A stretch of 64,000 nt of DNA from NCBI GenBank assembly GCA_000708835.1, contig DF237015.1, positions 185,502-249,501 on the forward strand, written 5' to 3'. Of the stretch, positions 1 to 11,627 are shown piece after piece (position 1 is the stretch's first letter; every line of letters starts with the position of its first letter). The translations under genes and the position numbers were made by a program. The DNA is from Klebsormidium nitens. Its lineage: Eukaryota > Plantae > Klebsormidiophyceae. Below the pieces are notes generated by a model. That model was not told where the DNA came from. It worked only from the letters and a program-made list of their open reading frames with translations, and did no database searches.

Positions 1-471
1 ATCTCACATGATATATTAACAAGCGACCCGGTTAAGGGATACGCTAAGGGGTCTGTTCAGGTCTGGAAGGAATTAAGGTTCTGTAGCACTGCTATCCTAT
101 GGGCGAACCCAAAATGCTAACAGTGTGGAGCAAGGCGACTAATATCACACCAGCTTCTCTACTCCAAGTAGAGTATCATATTCCTCCTCTCAGCGCTGCC
201 CCTGTCATTAGCTTTATCGAATATGCCTTAACAGCCCTCCCTTTCCCTGCAAGACGGATTTCTCTACTCGAGTCATAGTTCCCCCATGAACGAGTTTCGC
301 TTGAGCGCAGACTGCATATGTCTGGCTGGATTACCTGCGGCCAGGTTGTGCACAACATTGAGCTTGAGGTTCTCGTGTATGGAGAGATCCCTTTCCGTCG
401 TGCGCTGGCAGGACGGAAGACACTGCATTTTCGGTGCGTCCTGACTGACGCTCCTGATTGACTCGCTCTAG

Positions 472-1065
472 GTGCTTCCTGCTCACACCGAAGCTGCTGC
501 CTGACTTGGACTACTCCCCGGAGTGCACCATCTTGAACATCATGAACGGGCCGTGGCTGGGGGACACCGCAAAGAGTGAGCCGTTTTATAAGACAATGTT
601 CCGCTTCTCTGGATCACGTTGCTTGGAGTGGGCACGAGAATCGAGCTGGGGAACGGTTTCGAAGCATTTTAGCCCTGATGCGTCAGCACAAGAAAGTCGA
701 GGAAGTCACGAGTTCGTTCGTGTCAGTCTTGCAAATGTTGTGAGCATCATCCGTTGGAGGGAGCGTAGCCGTGTTTTGATATGATCCGTGCTCGTTTTGA
801 ACGAGCTACGTGTTCCACTCAAACGAGCTACAAAATTCGACTCTCTCAGACTACGCGATGTCCAGTCTGTCTTTCTTCGTTCAGTCTGCGTTTGCTTGTA
901 AACTAGTGGCTTGCTTCTACATCAGCATCCGATGCAGTCCATCGTAGAAGCTTGTCGGGCGATCTAAGGATGCCCTTTGCAAACGTATTAGTGATGCAAA
1001 CCTTCTTTTGCTTTGCAGAGTGGAAACCTGACGAATCTCTTTTGGCCAACGTCGGCAAAGCCTAG
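472..1065 (+). CDS. SMC5: SMC5 (structural maintenance of chromosomes 5), last two exons (472-575, 1019-1065); rest of gene lies upstream of the window
   Basis: ctag|G TGC TTC... gives (Q)CFLLTPKLLPDLDYSPECTILNIMNGPWLGDTAK, matching the SMC5 C-terminal D-loop/H-loop region (plant QCFLLTPKLLPxLEYSxACSILNIMNGP). Donor A|gtgagc at 576 and acceptor ctttgcag|AG at 1019 are phase-compatible; the protein ends KWKPDESLLANVGKA*. Confidence 0.9.
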
Positions 1066-2054
1066 AAGTTTCTGCAACTCAAGGCGCCATTACAGTCGGT
1101 CGACATGGTATCACGAGCTTGCAAGCTGAATAATGTCGTTTACTCACATCCTGTACCTTTGAGATGTATGAAACTGCCGTATCGACGAGATGTAATCCAA
1201 TGACTCATGTGCACATCACCTAGGTAGTTGGCAATAAATCTTGATTCGAGCATGCATGATCCTGATTAGGCTGCAGGCTTAAGCCGATGTGTTTGCAATA
1301 GCATATTAAATCGCTCATCGTAATGTATGGTACACTTCTGTCGTTTTGGATGCCTGATCCCAGAAGCTCGGCGATCGACGAACCTTCAATTCCTCATATG
1401 GTTATATGACGCATGATTCAAAAGCTGTGTCAAGTTCGCATCTAGCGCTTCAAGTATGTGTGCATCGAAATGTGAACTAAGGGCTGCACGTCATCTTGTC
1501 TGAATCTAGGTACTCAAAGCTTTGATAAGTAGTAAAAGTTCTTGTGACATGATGCTCGATGTGTATAGCTAGTTTCAGATTTATCTAGTGATCCGTGTAT
1601 AGTCGAGTCGATGTCAGGCAAGCTAAAAAACCGTACATTAGTTAAGCCTCATTTGGCCACGAGTCAGTCGCACAATGATGCGGAAATTACCTGGTGCGAA
1701 TGATGATTTTCTCTTGCAAGATTTAAGCCTCAGGTTTGCCTAAATGACTAAATACCCAGATCTACTTTAGACGTCTAGCTGGACCCGGCAATGATAGCGT
1801 AATATTTGGCAACACAGCATCAGGCGTGCATGACGGCTTGTACCTACATTCACTGCTACATGCTGTAGACATGCTGGCTGCGGCCCATACGGTATACATC
1901 TCCCGAAGCTAGGCTGAGTCAAATAATTATAGCTTAAGCCAGCTAGGCGCGTTGCGGGCCGGCCCGCCGCCACCGTCTGGCAGCCTGTCACGGTGCATCA
2001 TCATTCAATGATTGGTCCCGCTCAGTTGGCATGCAGGCCCGCGGCTATCATTAT

Positions 2055-2109
2055 CGGCGGCGCCGCCGCGGCCGGTGGCGGGGCCGCCACCGCCCGGCCG
2101 CGCGGCGCC
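2055..2109. other. Near-100% GC inverted-repeat/hairpin island
   Basis: cggtggcgg-gg-ccgccaccg inner 9-bp stem (2073-2092), flanked by further GC arms (gcggccgg/ccggccgc, gcgccg/cggcgc), in otherwise A/T-richer intergenic DNA. Confidence 0.6.
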
Positions 2110-2657
2110 CGCACATGTTCACGGTTCACTGGTTCTGATCAAATCCATCAACGGTCCAAATGGCCCTCGGCGTCGAACGTCGATGCCGACTTGGACAATT
2201 AGTCATGCCGTCGATTTCCTTCAGTTCATAGTTAGCCCTGAGCAGACCAGACTGCGAGTCGGGGCCATCTGGCAACCTCCGGCTGAATCGATCAAGCACT
2301 TTATCCAGATTGGACGGTTCGATCTGCATATCAGCGCGCGCGCATGTTTATAGTCAGCGCTGACTCAGCTCAGTGTTGCCGGGCATGCTGACTCAGACGA
2401 CGGACATGGTCAGCGTTGCAGATTATCATGATGCAATGCTAGGGACGCATTCAATGCGGGGCTTCTAGCGACCATGCAGAGCAATACTTCTGCTTTCTCT
2501 GCAAATTCTGATGCTGAATTCTTGTCAAAAGTTTGCGTCCTTTGAAGCTTCGTTCTGGTAGGCTGTGCAGAAGAAGTCGTCCGCCATTTCGTGCAGCCAA
2601 AGCACGAGAAGCGCTTTCTTGCACACGTCGCCACCGCAGAGAAGTTTGGTCTCGACA

Positions 2658-3011
2658 ATGGCGCTCTTTCGGCAGTCCCTTACTCGGCTCGCACCTGCGA
2701 GCAGCAGCATCCTGCCTGCTTGCAGCAGCGCCCTGCGGCATTTTGCCACAGAAGCAGCCAGTGCAGCGGAAGGTGCAGAGAAGGCATCGGTGGTGAAGAC
2801 GTTTGCTGGCAAGAAGAACGAGAACATCAAGATGAAGAACAGGGATCCAGAGAGGGCGAAGAGGAGGGAAGAGGCACTGATGGACCTGGGCCTGAACGTG
2901 CCAGGGGGTGTTACTGAAATCTACCACCTGAACCCCTCAAAGAAGTCTGCAACAGCGCCCCCCCGGTCAAGTTATGCGGTTCCTTTTGTCCATGGAAGTT
3001 TAGACTTCTGA
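2658..3011 (+). CDS. Small protein with mitochondrial-type presequence, function unknown (may splice to further 3' exons)
   Basis: MALFRQSLTRLAPASSSILPACSSALRHFATEAA: R/S/L/A-rich, acid-free N-terminus ending in an R-x-F-A-T-type cleavage motif, followed by a charged segment (KNRDPERAKRREEALMDLG). 3' structure unresolved. Confidence 0.55.
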   Translation: MALFRQSLTRLAPASSSILPACSSALRHFATEAASAAEGAEKASVVKTFAGKKNENIKMKNRDPERAKRREEALMDLGLNVPGGVTEIYHLNPSKKSATAPPRSSYAVPFVHGSLDF

Positions 3012-4339
3012 GAAGACAGACATCTCTTTTTAAGACACAAGTTTCAGATCATTCTTTCACTGCGGTATCAGCAGAGTTCCATAGGTAGAAATTCAATCAG
3101 GTAGCTATGCAGAAGAATCCATTTGAAGTATGGCAGGATTCTTCAAGAACAGACCAGAACAAATCAATAAGAGTCGACAATCCATGTTCAAGGTAAACAG
3201 TCAATTTTGATCACACGGTGTCCAGTAATATAAAGTTGAAGAGAACAGACCAGCTTTTGAGGCATTTTGTCAGACTCTGACCATTAGAGGTACACTTTGG
3301 TTTGAGGTGCCATACAAGTGTCCCGCATCAGACATCAAGTTGGCATGTGTTTTGCTTGCACTTTTTTCTCAATCACAATCTCGTACCATTTGACTTCTTT
3401 GCCAGCATGCATGATGTAAAATGGTGGTCGTTTGGACATTCACCTGCATCGGGGCTGAGAAGAAGGAATAACAAGGGTCTGAAAATGTCAGGCTGTCAGT
3501 CCTGTATATAAGTATAGAGTTGCAAAATTGAAGCTTTGCAGACACTGCACAATGGTCCCTTGCTCCTTCATTGTCCATTTGCTTCTGTTCCTCCTGCCAG
3601 GAGCTTGTGCCTGCCGCCTGTGATAGCATTCAACGATTCAGACGACTGTAAATTGCATGTGCCAGCATCAATTAACATGATGCATGAGCCCGCTCTCTCA
3701 ATGCGTGATGTTTCTCCATGAAAGCTAATTCGTTCAATAGTTCTGATTGTTGGGTTGAACGCAACCTAACATTGCCAGCAAGCTAGCTGCAGCTATAATC
3801 ATGCCTGTTTCAAAGTTTATCGAGAGCTGTCACGTAGGTAGAATTATGATATTCCGCGATGCATGCTAGCTCTGAAAAGACGTGAATTGGCAATTGATCC
3901 TGCCGGATATTCTCCAACACAAAAAACGCTCGCAACGCACATATCCGTTATGCACAAATGTTAATGTAGCTGCCATACGTCGCATCCGTGCCCTAGCTAT
4001 AGCTGCACACCGCGCCGAGCGCCATATAGTGTAGGACAGTGTCTTCAGACCATCCTGTACGCACAAGAGTATAGTGCCCGGCCGCCTTCCAGGCTGCTGG
4101 CAACCGTCAAGGAACTGCTGAACCACCAAGTAGGTAATGCCATAATTAAACATGGTTGCATGGCGTATGTTTACCTGGCAGTGGGATCAAAACAGTCGCG
4201 CTCTCATCAATTCATGCACGACAAGCACACGCACTTATGGATCCTCGCAAGATGATTAATATCTGTGCCTCGCGAGCTGTATTGGGAATGACTGTGTGAC
4301 GCGGTCTACTGTATAAGGAAGCGGACGTCTTTTGATGTG

Positions 4340-7300
4340 TTATAGTCTTAACCGGTCAGCAGTTACAATGATGCCGTCTATATCCGTGGAGGGGTAGTTT
4401 TGAAGAAGTTTAAGGTTGTCCGTAAAGTCTCCACCCAGGAGGCGCGTCCGAATGCAGATTACCATGGCGCAGCAGAGCCGAAGAAGGATCTCCTGCAAAA
4501 TGGCGAGTTTTAACGTAACTTGCCTGGACGCACCGGCGAAAAGCAGATAGCAATCGCTCATCTTCATAAGGAGAAAAGCGAGGCGACAGTAGTGCCGGTT
4601 TCTTGGCGGAAGGAGCGAGACAGACTGCATTGGACAGCCATTGCTCTCCTGTCGTATATAGTCTAGGCTGCCGGTCAAGAGCTGGTCTTTCAGCCACATC
4701 AAGCGGCCCTGAGAAAGAACTGATCGGCTACTCCCTAGATGATCACATCATTCACTTCTTACAGAGCCAGCCGTCTCGACCGCCGCAGTCGAAATGACGA
4801 AAGACAGTCAAAGCAGAAATGAAGCTCCGAGAGTATCTCGCAAGCATGCTGAGCAGACTTTTTCAGAGCAGAAGTCAGCTCACCAGGGGACCGTCCTTGT
4901 TGCTCAAAAGCGTGTCCCATAATCGCAGGCAGTCCGGAAAGTCAAACTCTTGGGTTAGGAGGAGGGTTATCCAACGGAAGGCGTAGAACTGCGGGTTGAT
5001 CTGCAAAGGCAGCGGAGAAAAGGTCGTTTCAAATGATTCGCAAGATGTTTACAAGACCGCTGGACAACAATATCCGTGATGCCAATCTCTTACAAAGTGG
5101 CTGCAAATTTTTGTTATGAAACAAGTGGCGCTTCCCTTTTCTTCCCCGTTCCTGGAAGTGCCTAGACAGATCGCCGACTCTGTTCGCTGCATCATTTCGA
5201 TGCCGGATGCATGGAAGTAATCCACAAGCGTCCAGACTGGTCGAGACCAATACGAGAACGACTGCCTTAAGCAAGTTCAGATGACGTCACCTCTCACCTG
5301 TATCTTGACGTTGAGGTGCAACCAAAGCTCCTCGTCGCGCTGTTTGAGCAGGTTAGAGAGGCGGGTTATGGTGGCCCGGATGCCGACCTCGCTGTTGTCC
5401 AGCTGCTGACAAAAGTGGTCCCGGAAGTCGCTCAGCAGCTCCACGAAGCAGAAGAACGCGTCCGCCTCAGCGTGCTCCTGCAAATTAGAAGACGCCACGT
5501 GGCACACTGTCCAGCAAGGTACCTAATCTTAGTTTGAATGAGAATAATTATAAGAGCCCAGCAGCTCCAAGAAGCACGAGAAAGCATCCGCCTCCGCGTG
5601 CTCCTGCAAAGGAGAAGACGCCACGTGGCACACTGCTTAGCGTTATTTGCGAATAAGTTGTCCTAAAGTAGACAAAGCTGATTATGTAAGGTCGACAGCT
5701 CCACGAAGCAGAAGACCGCGTCCGTCTCAGCGTGCTCCTGCAAAGGAGAAGTCGCGATATGTGAGATGCTGTAGTATGATTGTGCAATGGTTAGCCAAGG
5801 CCAAGTGTGAGATACCGTAGCATAAAATGTGCGAGAAGTTCTTGGCAGGAACTGCTCAGAAGTACGCTCGGCGACTCCAATGGGAGACCTTCACAATCGG
5901 CCCAACTGAGCACCAACGGTCAAAACGCCGGACATGCCTTTCACTTGCAGCTCGGCGGAGGACACTTGTGGAAGGGGAGTGGGAGAAGCTTGCTGGTAAC
6001 GCCCTGGGTCACAATGTGGGACACGTAAGGTCGACCGCTATTTGGATTGTTTGATTCTTAGTATTACACAAAGTTAAACGTAAAAGCTAATCACCAAAGC
6101 TTCTTCATCCAGAGGCACAAACGAAGCTCTCAAACGTCTCCTCGGCTCTCCCAACCTTCTTCAGAATGTTCTCAAGAAAACGACCCGAGCACCGAGCTTG
6201 GTATATGAGAGACCAATCTTACTCCAATGCGTCAAACGGCTTCAACACAAAACTCTGAAGCTGGTGCCTCACCTTATTCTTGTCGTCTGGGTCCGTTCGG
6301 AAGATGTACAAGAGCGGGGCCAGGACTTCGTTCATTCCTTGGACGTACTTGATGCCCGGGTTCAGCTTCGCGAAGATAAACAGGATTCGGCCCAGGGCCC
6401 CCTGGAACGGAAGCAAAGTATTGTCAGAACGGACAACTCTTTGGCCCCCATGAATGCTTAGAAGGGATCTCCTTTTGAGCAGGGGTTTAAGGAGGATCAC
6501 CACAGCGGCTCAATCAGCGACCGAGGGAAATTCTCTGTGGGCATTCTCACAGCAATTCATTCAAACCATTCATGAGAATGTGAGACAAGACGATTGATAA
6601 GTAAGCGTGGTGCGGAACTAACAGAAGATTTGAGAAGCGTTCGTCGGGAGAGCTTGTCTGGAGTTGGCACTTCGCAGAATGAGAAGTGAGCGCACGAATG
6701 TTAGCTTATATCCGCAAGCGAAGACGCGTGCCCGCGCAGCATGCGCGGCGCGCGCCGACTTCGAAACGGAGTACGGTTCGTGCCAGAGAACCGACAGTCT
6801 TCGCTACTTACAAACTTGAAAAATTCAGAAGCTACATTGAGCAAGGTACCCCGGGAGGTACTCTCACCTGGTTTTCGTTCGAGCCCCCGTCTGCGCCGTT
6901 GAAGAACGGCAGGTCCGGGTGTGTCCGTTTGACGTCCCGGTCGATCTGCTCCCACAGTTCTGTGTCCTGGAAGAACTGGTGCCATACGCTCGCTTGGCCG
7001 CTCGCCAGGGGATGGTCCCCCTCTACCGACTCCCGCCGAAGCTCCCCCCCGGAAGGGAGGTCGCCGTCTGAAGCTTCCGAAGCGCGCGACTTTTCGCTCT
7101 GTACGAAAGGGACCGTCTGATCTACACATCTTATCTTCCTTCAAAATTGCGGGTTGACGAGTTGACTGGCTAATTGCGGAGCATGGTTCATTTCAGACAA
7201 GGTGCTATGTCATACGGGAAGGGGTCAGATGTAATGCGTCTCCGCTGAACGCAACCTCTCAACGCCAAGCATTTCAAACTTTCCAAGACCGATTGAGTCT

Positions 7301-9434
7301 CATTTTAAAGCTGGATTCGCCGGGTCAGAAGATCAAGAGTCGGACTCTTTTAGAACGAGGTCCACAAAAATGGTCAGGAAATTGATTGTGTCAAGTTCTT
7401 GGAGGAGTTGAAAACGCCGCTGCCAATCCAATCTGACTGAAGGCCAATTCAACCTGGCAGATGAGATGCGTACAACGAGAAAGTAATCAGGAATTTGAGG
7501 AAGAAAACGCTGCGGGAACAAACTCACGGGGTTGACAATCAGTTCCTGCGAGAACTGCGCGTATTGCTCCCGCTTTTTTGCGAGCTCTTCTTCCCACTGG
7601 CTGCGGATCCGGGGGAGATAACCAAGGAGGAGCTGCAAAAAGTAGGAATCGTTCTTCTTCTGGTTATGTATGTAGACTTGGGTTGTTCTTCCGGTGAAGA
7701 CAGCCTGCTTCAAGCTTACCCTCCGAAGATACTTTTCTCGAAGGTTGTTTCTGTCATCAGATCGTTGTCCATCTCGCTGTTCGACACCTTTCGCCGTCAA
7801 ACGCTGAGCTTCTAGCCAGACCAAACAATCGTCAAGGAGAAAGTTAAACGTTTACAAGAATGCCCTGGCAGAAGGCACAGCGCTCGAAGAGATGCAGCCG
7901 CAGCAAGGTTCGGCTCTGACTCTCCTGCACAGTATGTCTGCTGATCTAGTCCCCGATCGATCGTCCAGAGTGCACCCACAGATTGTCACTCAATCCTTGA
8001 AATCCGGTGGAATGAGCATACAAAGATCAGAAGCTGAGTAACCTTTCCAAAACGAAGCTAATAGAGGTCACCATAACGTCACTCCAACAAGTCAGTCATT
8101 TGAGCACATTAACATCAGAACAGCGGGCTCTTTGGTTCACCTTCCAAACCACAGCCCGTATGCCACCACTGTCTGGAATCCCTTGAGTAGCCAATTGGCG
8201 CAAGGCGTTTAGGTCAATGCGCGGCTTCTCCAACTGCAATCAAACCAAAACGGAAGCTGCTTTGTCACTTGACGTGGGCGTTTCGATGATGTGCATAATG
8301 ATTTTCGGGCATCATGCCAGTGCCTGACGAGGAGCAACAACTTTGGGGCTACCGTCTGCAGTGCGCACTCGTCAAGCGCGACGAATCTGTTCTTGATTGG
8401 TGTGAATGCGATCTCGGATAGTGTGGAGCTCCTCGGCATCCCATCTGAATCCCAAAATTTGTTTTGAAGGGGGCAGTGGGCAGTATTCAAACACTCTGAT
8501 CAGCCGTGTCGGATTCCTCTAGCACATGTCTGACTGGAAGTGTCGTCCGTCCAATATCTGCAACCCTCCGCGTTCCCTCCTCGTTCTGCTTCGCTTCTCA
8601 AAGACCTGCTGCCAAAAATGATCCACAACCAACTTCCTACCACCATCTGCGTGAGACAAATTGTAAGCTATATACCCCTTTTCCCAAGCCTCTTGTGCCC
8701 CCTTGGCTTTGCTGAAAAGTCCAGTCGCTTGGTCGCTGAATGCACCCCTACGGATGCTTTGCCCACCATACTGCCACCATCTGATCTTCATACGACAGTA
8801 ACCAACCATGTAAGATCTATTTCCATATTGGACGTAGATTCCATCATCAGATTTTCCTTCAATGCATCCAACTTTATCAATGTCACTCAAGTTCATCAAG
8901 GCCTTTCGCACCCCATGCCAAGGGCTTGCCAAACGGCGCACTGTCAGAACGTTACCCCGAAACATGATTACAAAGCATCTCCGACCCAATGCACGGTAGC
9001 CGAAGCAAGCCCCAAAAAAAGATACTAGAAAATCTCTAAACGGGTAAAAGCACAGGTGAGCAGCCCCTTGAGTATCGGCCCACAACCAGAGATTGTTAAG
9101 CACATTACGCACACAAGGCCTTCTGATGCAATGCAACTGCCCTTTTCACGCATTGATCAAGAAACAGAAGAAAACTGCACAGGAGTCAACAAGAAACTGT
9201 CACCTCCGCCTGCAATTGTTCGGCCCTCGAGCTCTCGCTCCTGCTGACGTCGTGCGACGTCGCCTCCTCTTGCTGCCCGCTGCTGCCAGCTTGCATCAGC
9301 GGGTCGGCTCTCTCGACCAACGCCTCCACCAAGGGGGGCCGTGGCGGGGGGGGCGTTTCGGGGGGCGTTTCGGGGGGCGATCGCGCCCGAGGGCTAAAGC
9401 TGCTGCTGTTCAGCCAGGCGGGGACGCTGCTCAT
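4340..9434 (-). CDS. TBC1D13: Rab-GAP TBC domain protein, TBC1D13-like (about 8 exons)
   Basis: Exons 9434-9204 (MSSVPAW...AEQLQAE), 8233-8141 (LEKPRIDLNALRQLATQGIPDSGGIRAVVWK), 7632-7528 (LLLGYLPRIRSQWEEE...VNP), ~7100-6868 (DHPL...FFQDTELWEQIDRDVKRTHPD, R-finger), ~6400-6270 (LNPGIKYVQGMNEVLAPL, Q-finger), 5477-5298 (EHAEADAFFCFVELL), ~5000-4885 (INPQFYAFRWITLLLTQEF) and ~4495-4340 (EILLRLCCAM...LLQNYP). Confidence 0.92.
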
Positions 9435-11627
9435 CTTGGCAAGACGGCGAGGAATGACTTCAAAGAGACGCGCCAAGTTTGAAAAGGGAGCCCCACAAAG
9501 CGTCAGAAGGAGACCCTGGAGTCTGGACGCTGGCCCAGGTTGCGAACTCAAGCCCGCTGGAGTTGGTCACAGCTGCCCGGAATTTGCGTAAAACCCACAC
9601 CATTGCCGCGGCCGTAAAGGTTCGGTCTGCCGTCTTCGTCGCCGAGTGCCAGTGCAATGTAGAGCCACGTACGGTATGCTGAGCGACGTGAACCGTGACC
9701 GAATCGCCGGTTTTTCTTCCACCCTGCTTGATTGCGGGTTATCAAAGAACTGGGTTTGGACGTTTCCTGCATTCTGCAATTTATTTCGTGAATGCACTGA
9801 ATTCACTAATTCCCTGGACGAATGCAGCACAGGCAGCAGCATGATGCGTCATGGCGGTTATGGTCCCCCCCGCCTCTTGTCAGTCTTCCTCCTCCTTCTG
9901 CTGAGTGCCTGGGACTGTACGACTGGCTCCTCTCACTGTACGTTGAACCAAGCAACGGGCGTGACGAGCTGGCGGGGGCTGCGAAAGGCAGCGTTGAAGT
10001 GCCCCCCCCAGATGGAAGCGCGTTTTTGGATCTGACGTGGGCATTGGACGGGTGAGAATGGGGTGGTGCGTTCGCTAGGCAAAATTTGATTGGGAAATTT
10101 TCAAAAAGCTGCTCTGGTTTGGTTCTTGATAAAGTAGCTGGGCAGCCCCTTTGGGTTTAGTTCCTCAGGGTGACTGCTGAATGTTGCCTTGTCTGCTTGC
10201 TTCACGTTTTCAAGGTGCCACATTTACTCGAAAGGTGGTGATTATCATGCTTTCTTCAAAGACTTCTTTTGTGTTTCCTCAGCTCAGATCTTGACTGTAT
10301 TCCATTCCCTGGGGACTTGTCCATCCAAATGTTTGTCGTTGGTGTCTTTAAGATGTTGCGTCACTTGCTGAATTAGCCTTGCAAATTGACACAATGAACG
10401 AAAGGCTGCATTCGTCTGCAATAACCTCATGCCTTCAAATGTTTCCGTCCATTCACAAGTTGCCCTCACTTTGAACATTCAACAAAGTGCCCTCATTTTG
10501 AACGGCTATTTCAGAAGATGGTGGAAAGTTCGAGAGATCTGTGGTTCTTCCGCAAGTTAACTTTTTTCACAGAGCTCAGACAATTGCATTAACCATTGTG
10601 ACGGTTAATCGGCACCCTGTGAAATGAAGCTGCGGCGGCCAAATGGGAGGAGGCGCAGAAGACGCAACCGGGAGCCCGAAAGGGGCACTCCGAAACGGTC
10701 ACCCGACACGTATTTTCAGAAGTCTCATTGAGTAAAAGCGGCTTGAAAGTTCCGAGAAGGCAGATCTTAGAAAGAGTGTTTTGTCTGCAGACAAAATGCA
10801 CTCTGGCAGACGGGGCTCGCCAGCGAGTTTGCCCAGTTTCGGGAGCGGCTGTCATGCTTGTGCTCGGGCGCTGAGTCAGCGGAGACCGCATGCCAGTAAG
10901 TAATCAACTCGCTCTTGTTGACGAAACTAGTGCTGACGGGATGTTTGCCTCAAGGATGGTAGCCAAGAACGTGAGGAGACCCTCTTCTTTAAACGGATAA
11001 GGGTCTTTTCCTTTTAATCATTCGTTTCGTTGGTGGTACAACTTTTACATAGTGAACCACACGCTTGGCTCTTAAAGCTGGGCGTTTGTTTGGCATTCCT
11101 GAGAAGGGTGTTCCCATGGGTTTATGTATTTGGGTCAACAGCGTTGTCTAGGCCATTCTGACTGAAACTTAGTGGTAATTGAAGTGTTGTACCTCTCTGT
11201 TGAAGCGCCCATCTGACGAACCCTTCACGAAGTGCGCTTGCCTTGTTGGTTGATCTGTTTTGCACATCCAGTTTTCATGCTTAAGGGGCTGCAGCCAAAT
11301 TCGAATCGCAAGGCGCGACTGATTTTCCCCAAATGCAGCCGACCTGTATGGACAGAACAACGTACGCCTCGAGATATGCTCTTTTGGCATCTGAGTTTTG
11401 CCTCCTCACGTGTTTGTCTCTCTGTACATCGGCGGGTGGAGTCCACGACATAGCTGCACTTTGATCCGCACCCTATAAGTGTCCAATTTGAACGAATTTT
11501 CACAAATTGTCTTCGCTTTTGTGACAGGGCGGGGGTTTGTACCAGCCCGCAGTGCGCCTGCGGCCCCTTTTCCCCAACCGCTTGGCCACCCCCCCCCTCC
11601 CACCCCTTAGAAAGTTTCCCCCCACAG

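Noticed and set aside
2055-2130. GC hairpin as a Helitron 3' end
   Set aside because: No CTRR terminus at the expected short distance on either strand.
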